Shown here: positions 9,441 through 18,206 of the stretch, in pieces
Layout of the letters: each line of letters starts with the position of its first letter
Numbering within the stretch: the first letter of the stretch is position 1
Assembly: GCA_947586825.1 (NCBI GenBank)
Contig: CANPXU010000005.1
Span: 1 to 58,475, forward strand
Source: an uncultured Bacilli bacterium
Lineage (GTDB): Bacteria > Bacillota_I > Bacilli_A > RF39 > UBA660
Length of the DNA: 58,475 nucleotides
Direction: 5' to 3'
The notes under the pieces: generated by a model
Told to the model about the DNA's origin: nothing
Seen by the model: only the letters and a program-made list of their open reading frames with translations
Database searches by the model: none
Translations under genes and position numbers: made by a program

Positions 9441-9527
9441 CTATAGTTGTATTAACAAGAGAAGAATAATCAAAAGAAGTAGGAAAATAATAATGTATTG
9501 AATACGGATATGAGAATCCTTTTTCAT
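9441..9527 (-). CDS. 28-aa hydrophobic peptide, type I toxin-like (MKKDSHIRIQYIIIFLLLLIILLLLIQL)
   Basis: Translated by hand; SD GGAGGAG 6 nt upstream; one Leu/Ile TM helix after a basic N-terminus; below the ORF-track size cutoff. Confidence 0.75.
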   Translation of the reverse strand: MKKDSHIRIQYIIIFLLLLIILLLLIQL

Positions 9528-9592
9528 CTACATCTCCTCCATTCTAGCTCGAAGTTAAAATGAAGGCAGGCCCTAATGCAACTTCCAAAGCC

Positions 9593-9621
9593 ATATTACA
9601 AAAGAAGAAGATAAATGTCAA
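9593..9621 (-). promoter_or_regulatory. SigA-type promoter of the toxin-like mRNA
   Basis: TTGACA-17 nt-TAATAT on the minus strand; inferred start site about 9586. Confidence 0.7.
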
Positions 9622-9763
9622 ATGACCAAAAATGCAAATTGGAGCACCAAAATGGCCTTTTTGATTAAATTTTTGCAAAAAAGTGGCAATTTAGTTAACC
9701 AAATCAGTAGTTTTGGTAAAATTTATATTTTTTTAAAAATTTTTTTAGTATAATTAATTAAAG

Positions 9764-10660
9764 GTGAAGTATATGGAATATATAATTAATTTTATTAGGG
9801 GATTTTTTATGGCTTTAGCAGATAGCGTACCAGGTGTTTCCGGCGGAACTATTGCTTTTGTATTAGGCTTTTATGATAATTTTATTGCCGCTTTAGATGA
9901 TCTTTTTAGAGGTGATTTTAAAAAGAAGAAAAAGGCTTTCTTTTATCTATTTAAGATAGGTATAGGCTGGGTAGTAGGTTTTATTCTTGCAGCTTCATTT
10001 CTTTCTAGTTTATTTGAAAATCATATCTATGAACTTTCTTCTTTATTTTTAGGTTTTATTATTGTATCTCTTCCTTTTATCATTAAGGAAGAATTAAAAG
10101 CATTAAAAGGCAGATATTATAATATTGTTTGGTTTTTCATTGGTTTATTATTCGTTGTAGGTATTACTTTACTTAATGGCACTGATATTTTAAATATTAA
10201 TTTAACAAATCCTAACTTAATGAGTTATATATATACTTTCTTAGTGGCAGCCGTTGCCATATGTGCGATGGTTTTACCAGGCATATCTGGGTCTACGGTT
10301 TTACTTATCTTTGGTCTTTATGTTCCTATTATGGCAAAGATTAAGATTTTACTTGGCTTTGATTTTTCGGTATTTCCTATCCTACTTGTCTTTGGTTTAG
10401 GAGTTATCTTTGGAATTTTCTCATTTGCTAAAATTGTGCGTAGAAGCTTAGAGAAGAATCGTGGTGCGGTCATCTATGTTATACTAGGCATGATGGTAGG
10501 ATCTGTTTATGCCATTATAATGGGACCTACCACTTTAGAAAAGGCTCTTCCAATGCTTTCTTTTGATACTTTTAATATTCCGATGTTCTTACTTGGCATA
10601 GTTATCATTATTGCTTTAGAAAAATCAAAAGATATTTTAGCTAAAAAGAGGATCAAATGA
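9764..10660 (+). CDS. DUF368 membrane protein (undecaprenyl-phosphate translocase-like); start may be ATG 9773
   Basis: ADSVPGVSGGTIAF and AMVLPGISGS motifs. Confidence 0.85.
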   Translation: MKYMEYIINFIRGFFMALADSVPGVSGGTIAFVLGFYDNFIAALDDLFRGDFKKKKKAFFYLFKIGIGWVVGFILAASFLSSLFENHIYELSSLFLGFIIVSLPFIIKEELKALKGRYYNIVWFFIGLLFVVGITLLNGTDILNINLTNPNLMSYIYTFLVAAVAICAMVLPGISGSTVLLIFGLYVPIMAKIKILLGFDFSVFPILLVFGLGVIFGIFSFAKIVRRSLEKNRGAVIYVILGMMVGSVYAIIMGPTTLEKALPMLSFDTFNIPMFLLGIVIIIALEKSKDILAKKRIK

Positions 10661-11856
10661 AAACAATTGTCGTAGGTGGAGGAGCTTCAGGTTTAATTGC
10701 CGCGTTAAAAGCTAGGGAAAATAGTGAAGTTATAATTTTAGAAAAGAATGATAAACTTGGTAAAAAACTTCTTTTAACAGGTAATGGTCATTGTAATTAT
10801 TGGAATAAAGAAATTGATATAACTAAGTATGAATCAGATTCTTTAGAAACTTTAAAAAGTATTATAAATGAAGATAATATTAATGAAGTATATAAATATT
10901 TATATAGTTTAGGTATTTATCCAAGAGAAAAAGATGGGTATATATATCCATATTCAAATCAAGCATATAGTTTTAGAGAGGTATTAGAGCAAAATATCCT
11001 TAAAAAAGGTATTAAAGTTATATATAATGCCAAAGTAACGGATGTTAGAAAAGAAAATGATAAGTTTATAATAACTTATAATGATACTGAAACTATAACT
11101 GGTGATAAACTTATTATAAGTGCAGGCTCTGTAGCGTATTCTAAGACGGGTTCTACGGGTGATTTATATCCTATCCTAGAAAATCTAGGCCATAAGCTAA
11201 ATCCTTTGTACCCGGCTTTAACGAGCCTTAAATGCGATGCTGATTTTACGAAAATATGGTCAGGAATTAGAACGGATGCTAAAGTTAGTATTTATGTAAA
11301 TGATAAACTAAAAAAAGAAGAAGTGGGCGAAGTTCAACTTACCGATTATGGCATCAGTGGCGTTTGTGTATTTAATTTAAGTAGTATTGCTTCATCCCAT
11401 ATTGGTGAAAATGTAAAAGTTGTAGTTAACTTTCTTCCTAATATAACTGACTTTGAAGATTTCCTTTATCAAAGAAGCAGAGATCTTCCTGATGCTACTA
11501 TGGAAGAGATGTTTGAAAGCATATTTAGTTATAAACTAAATGATATCTTTTTCCATAATACTCATATAAATAGTAAAGCTTATTATAAGAGTTTAACAAC
11601 ATCAGAAATAAATAAACTTAAAGAAGTTATGACCCATCTTGAACTTAATATCACAGGAACTGGTGATTTTGAAAAAGCTCAAGTTTGTAAAGGTGGCATT
11701 TCTTTAATGGATATTAATCCTCTTTCGATGGAATCTAAAAAGGTAAGTAATTTATTTATTACAGGTGAAATCCTCGATGTAAATGGAATATGTGGTGGCT
11801 ATAATCTATCTTTTGCCTTTATAACTGGTTATATTGCAGGAGAATATCATGCTTAG
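10657..11856 (+). CDS. HI0933/YhiN-family flavoprotein
   Basis: GGGASG, GKKLLLTGNGHCN, GEILDVNGICGGYNL. Confidence 0.85.
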   Translation: MKTIVVGGGASGLIAALKARENSEVIILEKNDKLGKKLLLTGNGHCNYWNKEIDITKYESDSLETLKSIINEDNINEVYKYLYSLGIYPREKDGYIYPYSNQAYSFREVLEQNILKKGIKVIYNAKVTDVRKENDKFIITYNDTETITGDKLIISAGSVAYSKTGSTGDLYPILENLGHKLNPLYPALTSLKCDADFTKIWSGIRTDAKVSIYVNDKLKKEEVGEVQLTDYGISGVCVFNLSSIASSHIGENVKVVVNFLPNITDFEDFLYQRSRDLPDATMEEMFESIFSYKLNDIFFHNTHINSKAYYKSLTTSEINKLKEVMTHLELNITGTGDFEKAQVCKGGISLMDINPLSMESKKVSNLFITGEILDVNGICGGYNLSFAFITGYIAGEYHA

Positions 11857-13423
11857 AGTAAGACAAATTAAAGTTCCTGTTTTAAAAGATAATTCTGATA
11901 CTTTGAAAGAAAGTATTTTAAATAAACTAAGGATTCATGGGGATGAACTAAAAGATTATGCAATTTTAAAAAAGTCTATCGATGCTCGTGATAAAGATAA
12001 TATTAATTTTATTTATGAAGTTAAGGTAGATGTCTTAAATGAAGATAAACTTTTAAAGAAAAACCCTAATGATATTATTTTGCTTGAACAAAAAGAATAT
12101 AGTGCTCCTATGAAAGGAAATACTTTATTAAACCATCGCCCCGTTGTTATAGGAAGCGGTCCCGCGGGTCTTTTTTGTGCTCTTGTTTTAGCCGAAAATA
12201 ACTATAAGCCGATTATTATTGAACGAGGCAAAAAAGTCGAAGATCGAGTTAAAGATGTTGAACTATTTTGGGAAAAAGGAATATTAAATCTGAGTAGTAA
12301 TGTCCAATTTGGTGAAGGTGGGGCTGGTACTTTTTCTGATGGTAAATTAAATACCTTAATAAAAGATAGTGAAGGTCTTGGTAAAAAAGTATTAGAAACT
12401 TTTGTAAAATATGGTGCTCCCGAAGAGATATTATATTTAAATAAGCCTCATATTGGCACTGATCTTTTGCAAAATATTATCAGAAATATGCGTGAGGATA
12501 TCATTTCGATGGGTGGCACTTTCTTTTTTGAAGAAACTTTTGAAGATTTAGTTTTTGAAAATAATAAATTAAAGCAAATTAAAACTAGCAAACAAACTCT
12601 TGATACTGATGTGCTAGTTTTAGCTATTGGCCATAGTGCTAGAGATACTTTTTATATGTTAAATAATTATCTTGATATCAAATCTAAACCATTTGCCATA
12701 GGGGTTAGAATATCACATCCTCAGAAATGGATTAATGAAAATCAATATGGCTCAATGGCTAAATATTTACCTCCTGCGGATTATAAGCTAACTTATGAGG
12801 CTCAAAGTGGAAGGGGAGTATATTCCTTTTGCATGTGCCCTGGCGGTTTTGTTGTAAATTCATCAAGCGAAGATAAAGCCTTATGCATAAATGGTATGAG
12901 TAACTATAAAAGAGATGAGGCAAATGCCAATAGTGCTATTATCGTTACTATAGATAGTAAAGATTATGGCGATAATCCTTTAAGTGGCATTGAATTTCAA
13001 AGAAAGCTTGAACATTTGGCTTATGAAAAAGGTGAGGGCTTTATTCCTACCCAAAGATGGGAAGATTTTAAAAATAATACTTCTTCGAAAGCTTTAGGAA
13101 GTATTAATCCAATTTATAAAGGAAATTATCATTTGGCCAATCTTCATGAAATACTTCCTGATTATATTTGCCACGACTTAATTGAAGCAATAGATAACTT
13201 CGGTCACAAGATAAAAGGCTTTAATGATAACGATGCTTTAGTAAGTGCTGTTGAAAGCCGAACTTCATCACCGGTTAGGATAATGCGTGATGAAACTTTA
13301 ATGGCTAATATTAAGGGAATCTATCCCTGTGGTGAAGGGGCAGGATATGCCGGAGGCATAACTAGCAGTGCTATTGATGGCATTAAGGTAGCTCATAGTA
13401 TTATTGAAAATTATTATATTTAA
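11849..13423 (+). CDS. Uncharacterized FAD-dependent oxidoreductase (COG2509-like)
   Basis: GSGPAG, QFGEGGAGTFSDGKL, FCMCPGG, YPCGEGAGYAGGI; SD GGAG precedes ATG 11849. Confidence 0.85.
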   Translation: MLRVRQIKVPVLKDNSDTLKESILNKLRIHGDELKDYAILKKSIDARDKDNINFIYEVKVDVLNEDKLLKKNPNDIILLEQKEYSAPMKGNTLLNHRPVVIGSGPAGLFCALVLAENNYKPIIIERGKKVEDRVKDVELFWEKGILNLSSNVQFGEGGAGTFSDGKLNTLIKDSEGLGKKVLETFVKYGAPEEILYLNKPHIGTDLLQNIIRNMREDIISMGGTFFFEETFEDLVFENNKLKQIKTSKQTLDTDVLVLAIGHSARDTFYMLNNYLDIKSKPFAIGVRISHPQKWINENQYGSMAKYLPPADYKLTYEAQSGRGVYSFCMCPGGFVVNSSSEDKALCINGMSNYKRDEANANSAIIVTIDSKDYGDNPLSGIEFQRKLEHLAYEKGEGFIPTQRWEDFKNNTSSKALGSINPIYKGNYHLANLHEILPDYICHDLIEAIDNFGHKIKGFNDNDALVSAVESRTSSPVRIMRDETLMANIKGIYPCGEGAGYAGGITSSAIDGIKVAHSIIENYYI

Positions 13424-13455
13424 AAAGGATTGGTAATTAATAAGCCAATCCTTTT
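13423..13455. terminator. Bidirectional intrinsic terminator
   Basis: AAAAGGATTGG / CCAATCCTTTT inverted repeat between convergent genes. Confidence 0.8.
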
Positions 13456-13741
13456 AACTTACTATTTTTTTAGCTAGCTTTTCTACCATAGCTCTATCAA
13501 CATTAGCTATTTTAGCTACTTCATCTGCTTCCATGCCATGTTTAAGCATATTTTTAACAACTGATTTAATTCCTCGCTTTTCGCCAATTTCAATACCTTC
13601 AGTTTTACCAATTCTAATTCCTCGCTTTTCGCCAATTTCAAGATTTTCTTCCTGTACAGTTCTTAGTAACTTGGCGGTATCATCTTCCACTACATATCCC
13701 GCAGCTTTTAATCTTTCAAGTTCTTTATCAACATTATACAT
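13454..13741 (-). CDS. Free-standing copy of the Rpn C-terminal segment (RpnS-like small protein)
   Basis: DKELERLKAAGYVVEDDTAKLLRTVQEENLEIGEKRGI is identical to the tail of 13758-14582; own SD AAAGGA; 48-bp internal repeat. Confidence 0.8.
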   Translation of the reverse strand: MYNVDKELERLKAAGYVVEDDTAKLLRTVQEENLEIGEKRGIRIGKTEGIEIGEKRGIKSVVKNMLKHGMEADEVAKIANVDRAMVEKLAKKIVS

Positions 13742-13757
13742 ATCTATTCCTTTTATT

Positions 13758-14582
13758 TTAGTTATAATTATTTTTTGCTAATTCTTTAGCTACACTTTCT
13801 ACAATAGCTTCATCAACATTTGTAATATTAATTATATTTTTAGCTGTCATGCCTTTTTGAAGCATACTTTTAATAACTGATTTAATTCCTCGCTTTTCGC
13901 CAATTTCAAGATTTTCTTCCTGTACAGTTCTTAGTAACTTGGCGGTGTCATCTTCGACCACATATCCCGCAGCTTTTAATCTTTCAAGTTCTTTATCTAT
14001 ATCTTTCATAAACTTATCATCCTCCTTAAATTTTTTTAATTCTTCTCTTGTCATGGAAAGAGCACCTATATGTCTTATAAAATCTCTTTTGTCGCCATTT
14101 TCACAAAGCTTTTTAGCTTTGTCTAGGTTAACTTCATATATCTCTATATTCTTACAATATTTCTTTTTACCTAATTTTAATTTAACTTCATTTATTATAC
14201 CTAATGATTCACTTAATTCTCTAGTCAAATTGATTAATATATATACTTTATTAGTTTTATATAAATTTCCTCCATCTTGATCTTGGTTTGTTATATTGAA
14301 AAAATAGAGTAGATTTCTAAATATTACAGCTTGATCTAAACAACTATTTACTTCAATATCTATTCTTGTATCTTCATTATCAATTAATAGGTCTAATGTT
14401 TCAACTTTTTGAGTTGCCTTTATAACGGGTATTTCTTTATTAAGAAAAGTTATATTATTAATATCTTTACCTAATATATCTTTAAGTAAAATTCTTAATA
14501 ATATTTTTCCTTTTTCAGTACTAAATACAGCTTTGAATACTTTATCATTATATCCTCTTATGTCTTCGGTGTTATTATTCAT
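13758..14582 (-). CDS. Rpn-family recombination-promoting nuclease / PD-(D/E)XK putative transposase
   Basis: N-terminal DKVFKAVF, LDLLI...IDIEVN catalytic residues, IEIYEVNL, G-x-x-x tail repeats. Confidence 0.8.
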   Translation of the reverse strand: MNNNTEDIRGYNDKVFKAVFSTEKGKILLRILLKDILGKDINNITFLNKEIPVIKATQKVETLDLLIDNEDTRIDIEVNSCLDQAVIFRNLLYFFNITNQDQDGGNLYKTNKVYILINLTRELSESLGIINEVKLKLGKKKYCKNIEIYEVNLDKAKKLCENGDKRDFIRHIGALSMTREELKKFKEDDKFMKDIDKELERLKAAGYVVEDDTAKLLRTVQEENLEIGEKRGIKSVIKSMLQKGMTAKNIINITNVDEAIVESVAKELAKNNYN

Positions 14583-14644
14583 GTTACATTTTTAAAAGTC
14601 CTAATTATCTTTTGATGTTTAGAGCTATTTCCTCCCTTCTACTA

Positions 14645-14680
14645 TTATATATACCGGGTGAAGGCCAAATTTCCTTTTTT
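14645..14680 (-). promoter_or_regulatory. Conserved upstream element, copy A (before rpn)
   Basis: 32/36 identical to 24582-24617. Confidence 0.6.
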
Positions 14681-14789
14681 TTAAGCTAATTTTTTTTAAA
14701 AAATTTAAAAATTTGTGATGTAAAGTAAAAATTAGGATTAATATAAAATAATCTTCTTTTTGGTATACTAAAAGTGGAGATGATAGAAA

Positions 14790-15527
14790 ATGTTTATTGG
14801 TGAAAATCCTATTCACATTATTGTTCAAAACAAAGATGATATAGCTCCTTTAGTATTACTACCTGGTGATCCCTTAAGGGCTAAATATATAGCAGAAAAT
14901 TTCTTAAGTGATGCTAAATTAGTAAATACCGTAAGAGGAATGTATGCTTATACAGGATATTATAAAAATCAAAGAGTCACGGTTATGGGAAGTGGCATGG
15001 GCATGCCATCAGCTAGTATTTATGTATTTGAGTTAATTCATTATTTTAATGTTAAAAAGATAATTAGAATTGGTACATGTGGAGCAGTAAATCCTTCTGT
15101 TGATATAGGCGATGTTGTTTTAGCGGAAAAAGTATATTCGGAATCTAATTTTGCTTATACTTATAACAATTATGAAGGCCATGTAGTAGTGGCTAGTAAA
15201 GAATTAAATGAAGATATTAAAAGGGCTGCTGAAGAAGCTAATATCAAATTAACAAGTGGTATGATTACTACTATGGATGTTTTTGGACCATATGTAGGAG
15301 CAGATAGAATACTTAATAGAATTCCTAAAAAGTACAATATTATTGCTGAAGAAATGGAAGCCTTTGGGGTAATTCACGTAGCTAATACTTTAGGTTGCAA
15401 AGCAACATGCCTTATTACTGTTGTAGATTCTAAATATTCAGAAGTAGTATTATCAAGCGAAGATAGAGAACAAAAACTTAATACAATGATAACTTTAGCT
15501 TTAGATGCTATTGTTAAAAATAATTAA
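14790..15527 (+). CDS. deoD: Purine-nucleoside phosphorylase, DeoD type
   Basis: LLPGDPLRAKYIAE, GSGMGMPS, IRIGTCGA, EEMEA. Confidence 0.9.
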   Translation: MFIGENPIHIIVQNKDDIAPLVLLPGDPLRAKYIAENFLSDAKLVNTVRGMYAYTGYYKNQRVTVMGSGMGMPSASIYVFELIHYFNVKKIIRIGTCGAVNPSVDIGDVVLAEKVYSESNFAYTYNNYEGHVVVASKELNEDIKRAAEEANIKLTSGMITTMDVFGPYVGADRILNRIPKKYNIIAEEMEAFGVIHVANTLGCKATCLITVVDSKYSEVVLSSEDREQKLNTMITLALDAIVKNN

Positions 15528-15629
15528 TTCCTTTAAATTATGCGTAAATTTTAATTTGGAAACTTGACGAAGCGTAATAAATGAATTTATAATATACTTA
15601 AGAAAAATAGAGAGTAGGAGATATAAGAA

Positions 15630-16400
15630 ATGGAAAAGAAAAATACAATTTTATTAACAATTGTTGCTATAGCAACGCTACTTGTAACTGTAATAGGAGC
15701 TACATTTGCATACTTTGCTTCAAACGTTAATACTGATGCAAAGGTTGGTGTAAATGTTAATACTTCAAATAAGCAAGCATCATTTATAGCAACATCTAAT
15801 GGTAGCTTAGATATCAATGTTGAAAGCTACATGATGCAACAAGCTGATGCTGGTGATGGAAGCACAACTACTTCGAACAATGAGAATATTGCTAAGAATT
15901 TAACCACTAGTGCTACATTAAATGTTTCATTAACGGGAACAGATGATGAAAAAAATACAACTTGTACATATGATTTAATATATACTTGGACAGGAAGCGA
16001 TACAAATTTTAGCAATCCAGGCTCATCAAATAACGGAATTTACCCTTCTAAGTATTATGTAAGAACAAACAATAGTAATAGCACAGGTTTTAAAGAATTA
16101 ACAATAGAGGTAGATGCAACTGGTGCATATGTAGGAGATAATAGCGATGAAAGAGGTTTTTCAGCAGTAATATTAAAAGAAAAAAATATTGATGAATTAG
16201 CTCCACAAACGACAAATAATCAAGATAATAAAATTTTAGTTTTAAAGGCTGGCGAAACTATTACTAGTCAAAGTACAACGCAAGCTAGTCACGTTGATTA
16301 CCAAATTACTGTTAGATTTTATAATTTAGGAAGCCAACAAGATAATTTAATGAACAAGAAATTTAGTGGAACGGTAAGCGTTGCTAACGTTAAATGTTAG
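15630..16400 (+). CDS. SipW/TasA-type signal-peptide protein, array 1 member 1
   Basis: N-terminal TM ending GATFAYF; TCTYD and terminal Cys; promoter TTGACG-18-TATAAT upstream. Confidence 0.7.
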   Translation: MEKKNTILLTIVAIATLLVTVIGATFAYFASNVNTDAKVGVNVNTSNKQASFIATSNGSLDINVESYMMQQADAGDGSTTTSNNENIAKNLTTSATLNVSLTGTDDEKNTTCTYDLIYTWTGSDTNFSNPGSSNNGIYPSKYYVRTNNSNSTGFKELTIEVDATGAYVGDNSDERGFSAVILKEKNIDELAPQTTNNQDNKILVLKAGETITSQSTTQASHVDYQITVRFYNLGSQQDNLMNKKFSGTVSVANVKC

Positions 16401-16424
16401 TAAATTAAATAAAGGAGATTTAAT

Positions 16425-17180
16425 ATGGAAAAACGAAATACTTTATTATTAACAGTAATTGCTATTGCTACGCTTATGGTTGCAATAACGGGAGCTGCAT
16501 TTGCATACTTTGCAGCTCAAGTAAATATAAATAATTCATTAAATGTAGATGTTGAAACTACAGGTGGAAAAGCTATATTTACTGCCACTTCAAGTGGTGA
16601 AATTGCTATAGGTGTAGAAAGCTATATGATGCAAGAGCATGATGCTGATAATTCAAATACCAATACTTCAAATAATGCTGAAATAGCACCTTTATTAACT
16701 AACAATGCTACGATTAATGTTACTTTACAATCTTCTGAAGCTGGTAAAGAAACAACTTGTACATATGATGTAGTATATAAATGGAATGAAACAGCAAGTG
16801 GTAGTAACTTTACCGAAGAGTATTCCAAAGCTTCTTCAAATGGTACTGTGCATCCATCTAAGTATTATGTAAGATCTGAAAATGGAACTACGGCCGATTT
16901 TAAAGAACTTACAATTACTATTGAATCAAGCACTTATTCTGGGGAAGAGAGGCCTGATACCCAAACAGAACAACAAGAAGTTAATATTGATTATTTCAAA
17001 GATTCTGAAGGAAAGATAACATTATTACAAGGACAAACTATCGGAAGTGATAAAACAGATGATACAAACCATATAGTTTATGATTTTACTTTTAAATTTT
17101 ATAATTTGTCTATTGATCAAACTAAATTAATGGATAAAAAATTCTCTGGAACAATTTCAGTAGAAAATGTTCAATGTTAA
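16425..17180 (+). CDS. SipW/TasA-type signal-peptide protein, array 1 member 2
   Basis: GAAFAYF; shares TCTYD, PSKYYVR, FKELTI, FYNL..Q..LM.KKFSG with its neighbours. Confidence 0.7.
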   Translation: MEKRNTLLLTVIAIATLMVAITGAAFAYFAAQVNINNSLNVDVETTGGKAIFTATSSGEIAIGVESYMMQEHDADNSNTNTSNNAEIAPLLTNNATINVTLQSSEAGKETTCTYDVVYKWNETASGSNFTEEYSKASSNGTVHPSKYYVRSENGTTADFKELTITIESSTYSGEERPDTQTEQQEVNIDYFKDSEGKITLLQGQTIGSDKTDDTNHIVYDFTFKFYNLSIDQTKLMDKKFSGTISVENVQC

Positions 17181-17346
17181 TTTTTGATAAGGATTGCTAA
17201 TTAAAACTAAAGAAGAATGTAGTTTCTTCTTTTTTTATGCTCAAACGTTAACTCATTACGACAAATAATGTAATCTATCTAATTGCTTTTATTGACAATC
17301 TTTTTTATTATATGATAGTATTTAAATATAATAGAAGGAGAATACA

Positions 17347-18153
17347 ATGGAAAAAAGAAATACTTTAATATTAACAATAATTGGTGTTGCCACATTATTA
17401 ATTTCAGTAGTAGGTGCTACATTTGCATACTTTGCCTCAAACATAAATACTAATAGTAATGTTGGAGTTAATGTTCATACATCACCTAATAAAGCTGTCT
17501 TTACTGCTGCTGCTTCTGGTAGCATTAATGTTACAGTTGATGCAGTCGAAATGCAAGAAGGCGATGCCACAGATGATGGAACACAATCATCTAATACTAG
17601 TTTGATTGATGGGCTTACTGGTAAAGCAAATTTAAATGTTACTTTAAAAGCATCAGATAATGGACAACTTACAACATGTACTTATGATATAGTTTATACT
17701 TGGACTGGTGGAGAAAGTAATTTTACTGGTAGTGGCTATGAAAGCTTAACCGAAGCAGGAACTAGTTATAAATATTATCCTAGTAAATATTATGTAAGAA
17801 CTGGTTATAAAGATGAAAGTGGAAATGTTCAAGATGGTACTGAAGGATTCAAAGAGTTTACTATTGAAGGAACATTAACTACTGGTACAGTTGGTACTGA
17901 GGGTACTACAAGCGATGACGTATTTAAAGATGGAAATCATGGAGAAAAAAATATTGATACTTTTGGTATTCCTAATGATAAAAACCAAATAACATTAGTG
18001 TCTAAAGAACAAATAACTAGTACAAGTACTGCTAATGAAACTTATGCAAATTATGAATTTACAATTCGTTTCTATAATATAAATAAAGATCAATCTGCTT
18101 TAATGGGTAAAACATTTGCAGGTAACATTTCTGTAGCTAATGTTGTTTGCTAA
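17347..18153 (+). CDS. SipW/TasA-type signal-peptide protein, array 1 member 3
   Basis: GATFAYF and the same conserved blocks; own promoter TTGACA-18-TAGTAT after a terminator near 17209-17237. Confidence 0.7.
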   Translation: MEKRNTLILTIIGVATLLISVVGATFAYFASNINTNSNVGVNVHTSPNKAVFTAAASGSINVTVDAVEMQEGDATDDGTQSSNTSLIDGLTGKANLNVTLKASDNGQLTTCTYDIVYTWTGGESNFTGSGYESLTEAGTSYKYYPSKYYVRTGYKDESGNVQDGTEGFKEFTIEGTLTTGTVGTEGTTSDDVFKDGNHGEKNIDTFGIPNDKNQITLVSKEQITSTSTANETYANYEFTIRFYNINKDQSALMGKTFAGNISVANVVC

Positions 18154-18170
18154 TTAATTTAAAGTAACAA

Positions 18171-18198
18171 AAAACAGGATTATTTAAAATCCTGTTTT
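18171..18198. terminator. Bidirectional intrinsic terminator
   Basis: AAAACAGGATT / AATCCTGTTTT. Confidence 0.8.
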
Positions 18199-18206
18199 AT
18201 TATGCA

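Noticed and set aside
9121-9480. CRISPR array or tRNA in the repeat region
   Set aside because: Only two 107-bp copies, no spacer pattern, no cas genes and no cloverleaf; better explained as a duplicated promoter-sRNA-terminator unit
14715-14726. GTGATGTAAAGT upstream of deoD, also present in the 42131 and 43515 cassettes
   Set aside because: This copy lacks the palindromic arm; a single AT-rich 12-mer match is too weak to call a regulator site
14700-14789. Purine riboswitch before deoD, or a THF/ZTP riboswitch before folD/glyA
   Set aside because: The leaders are short and AT-rich with no recognisable aptamer core
14625-14828. 67-aa minus-strand ORF upstream of rpn
   Set aside because: Overlaps the deoD start, runs through A/T homopolymers and has no SD; likely spurious
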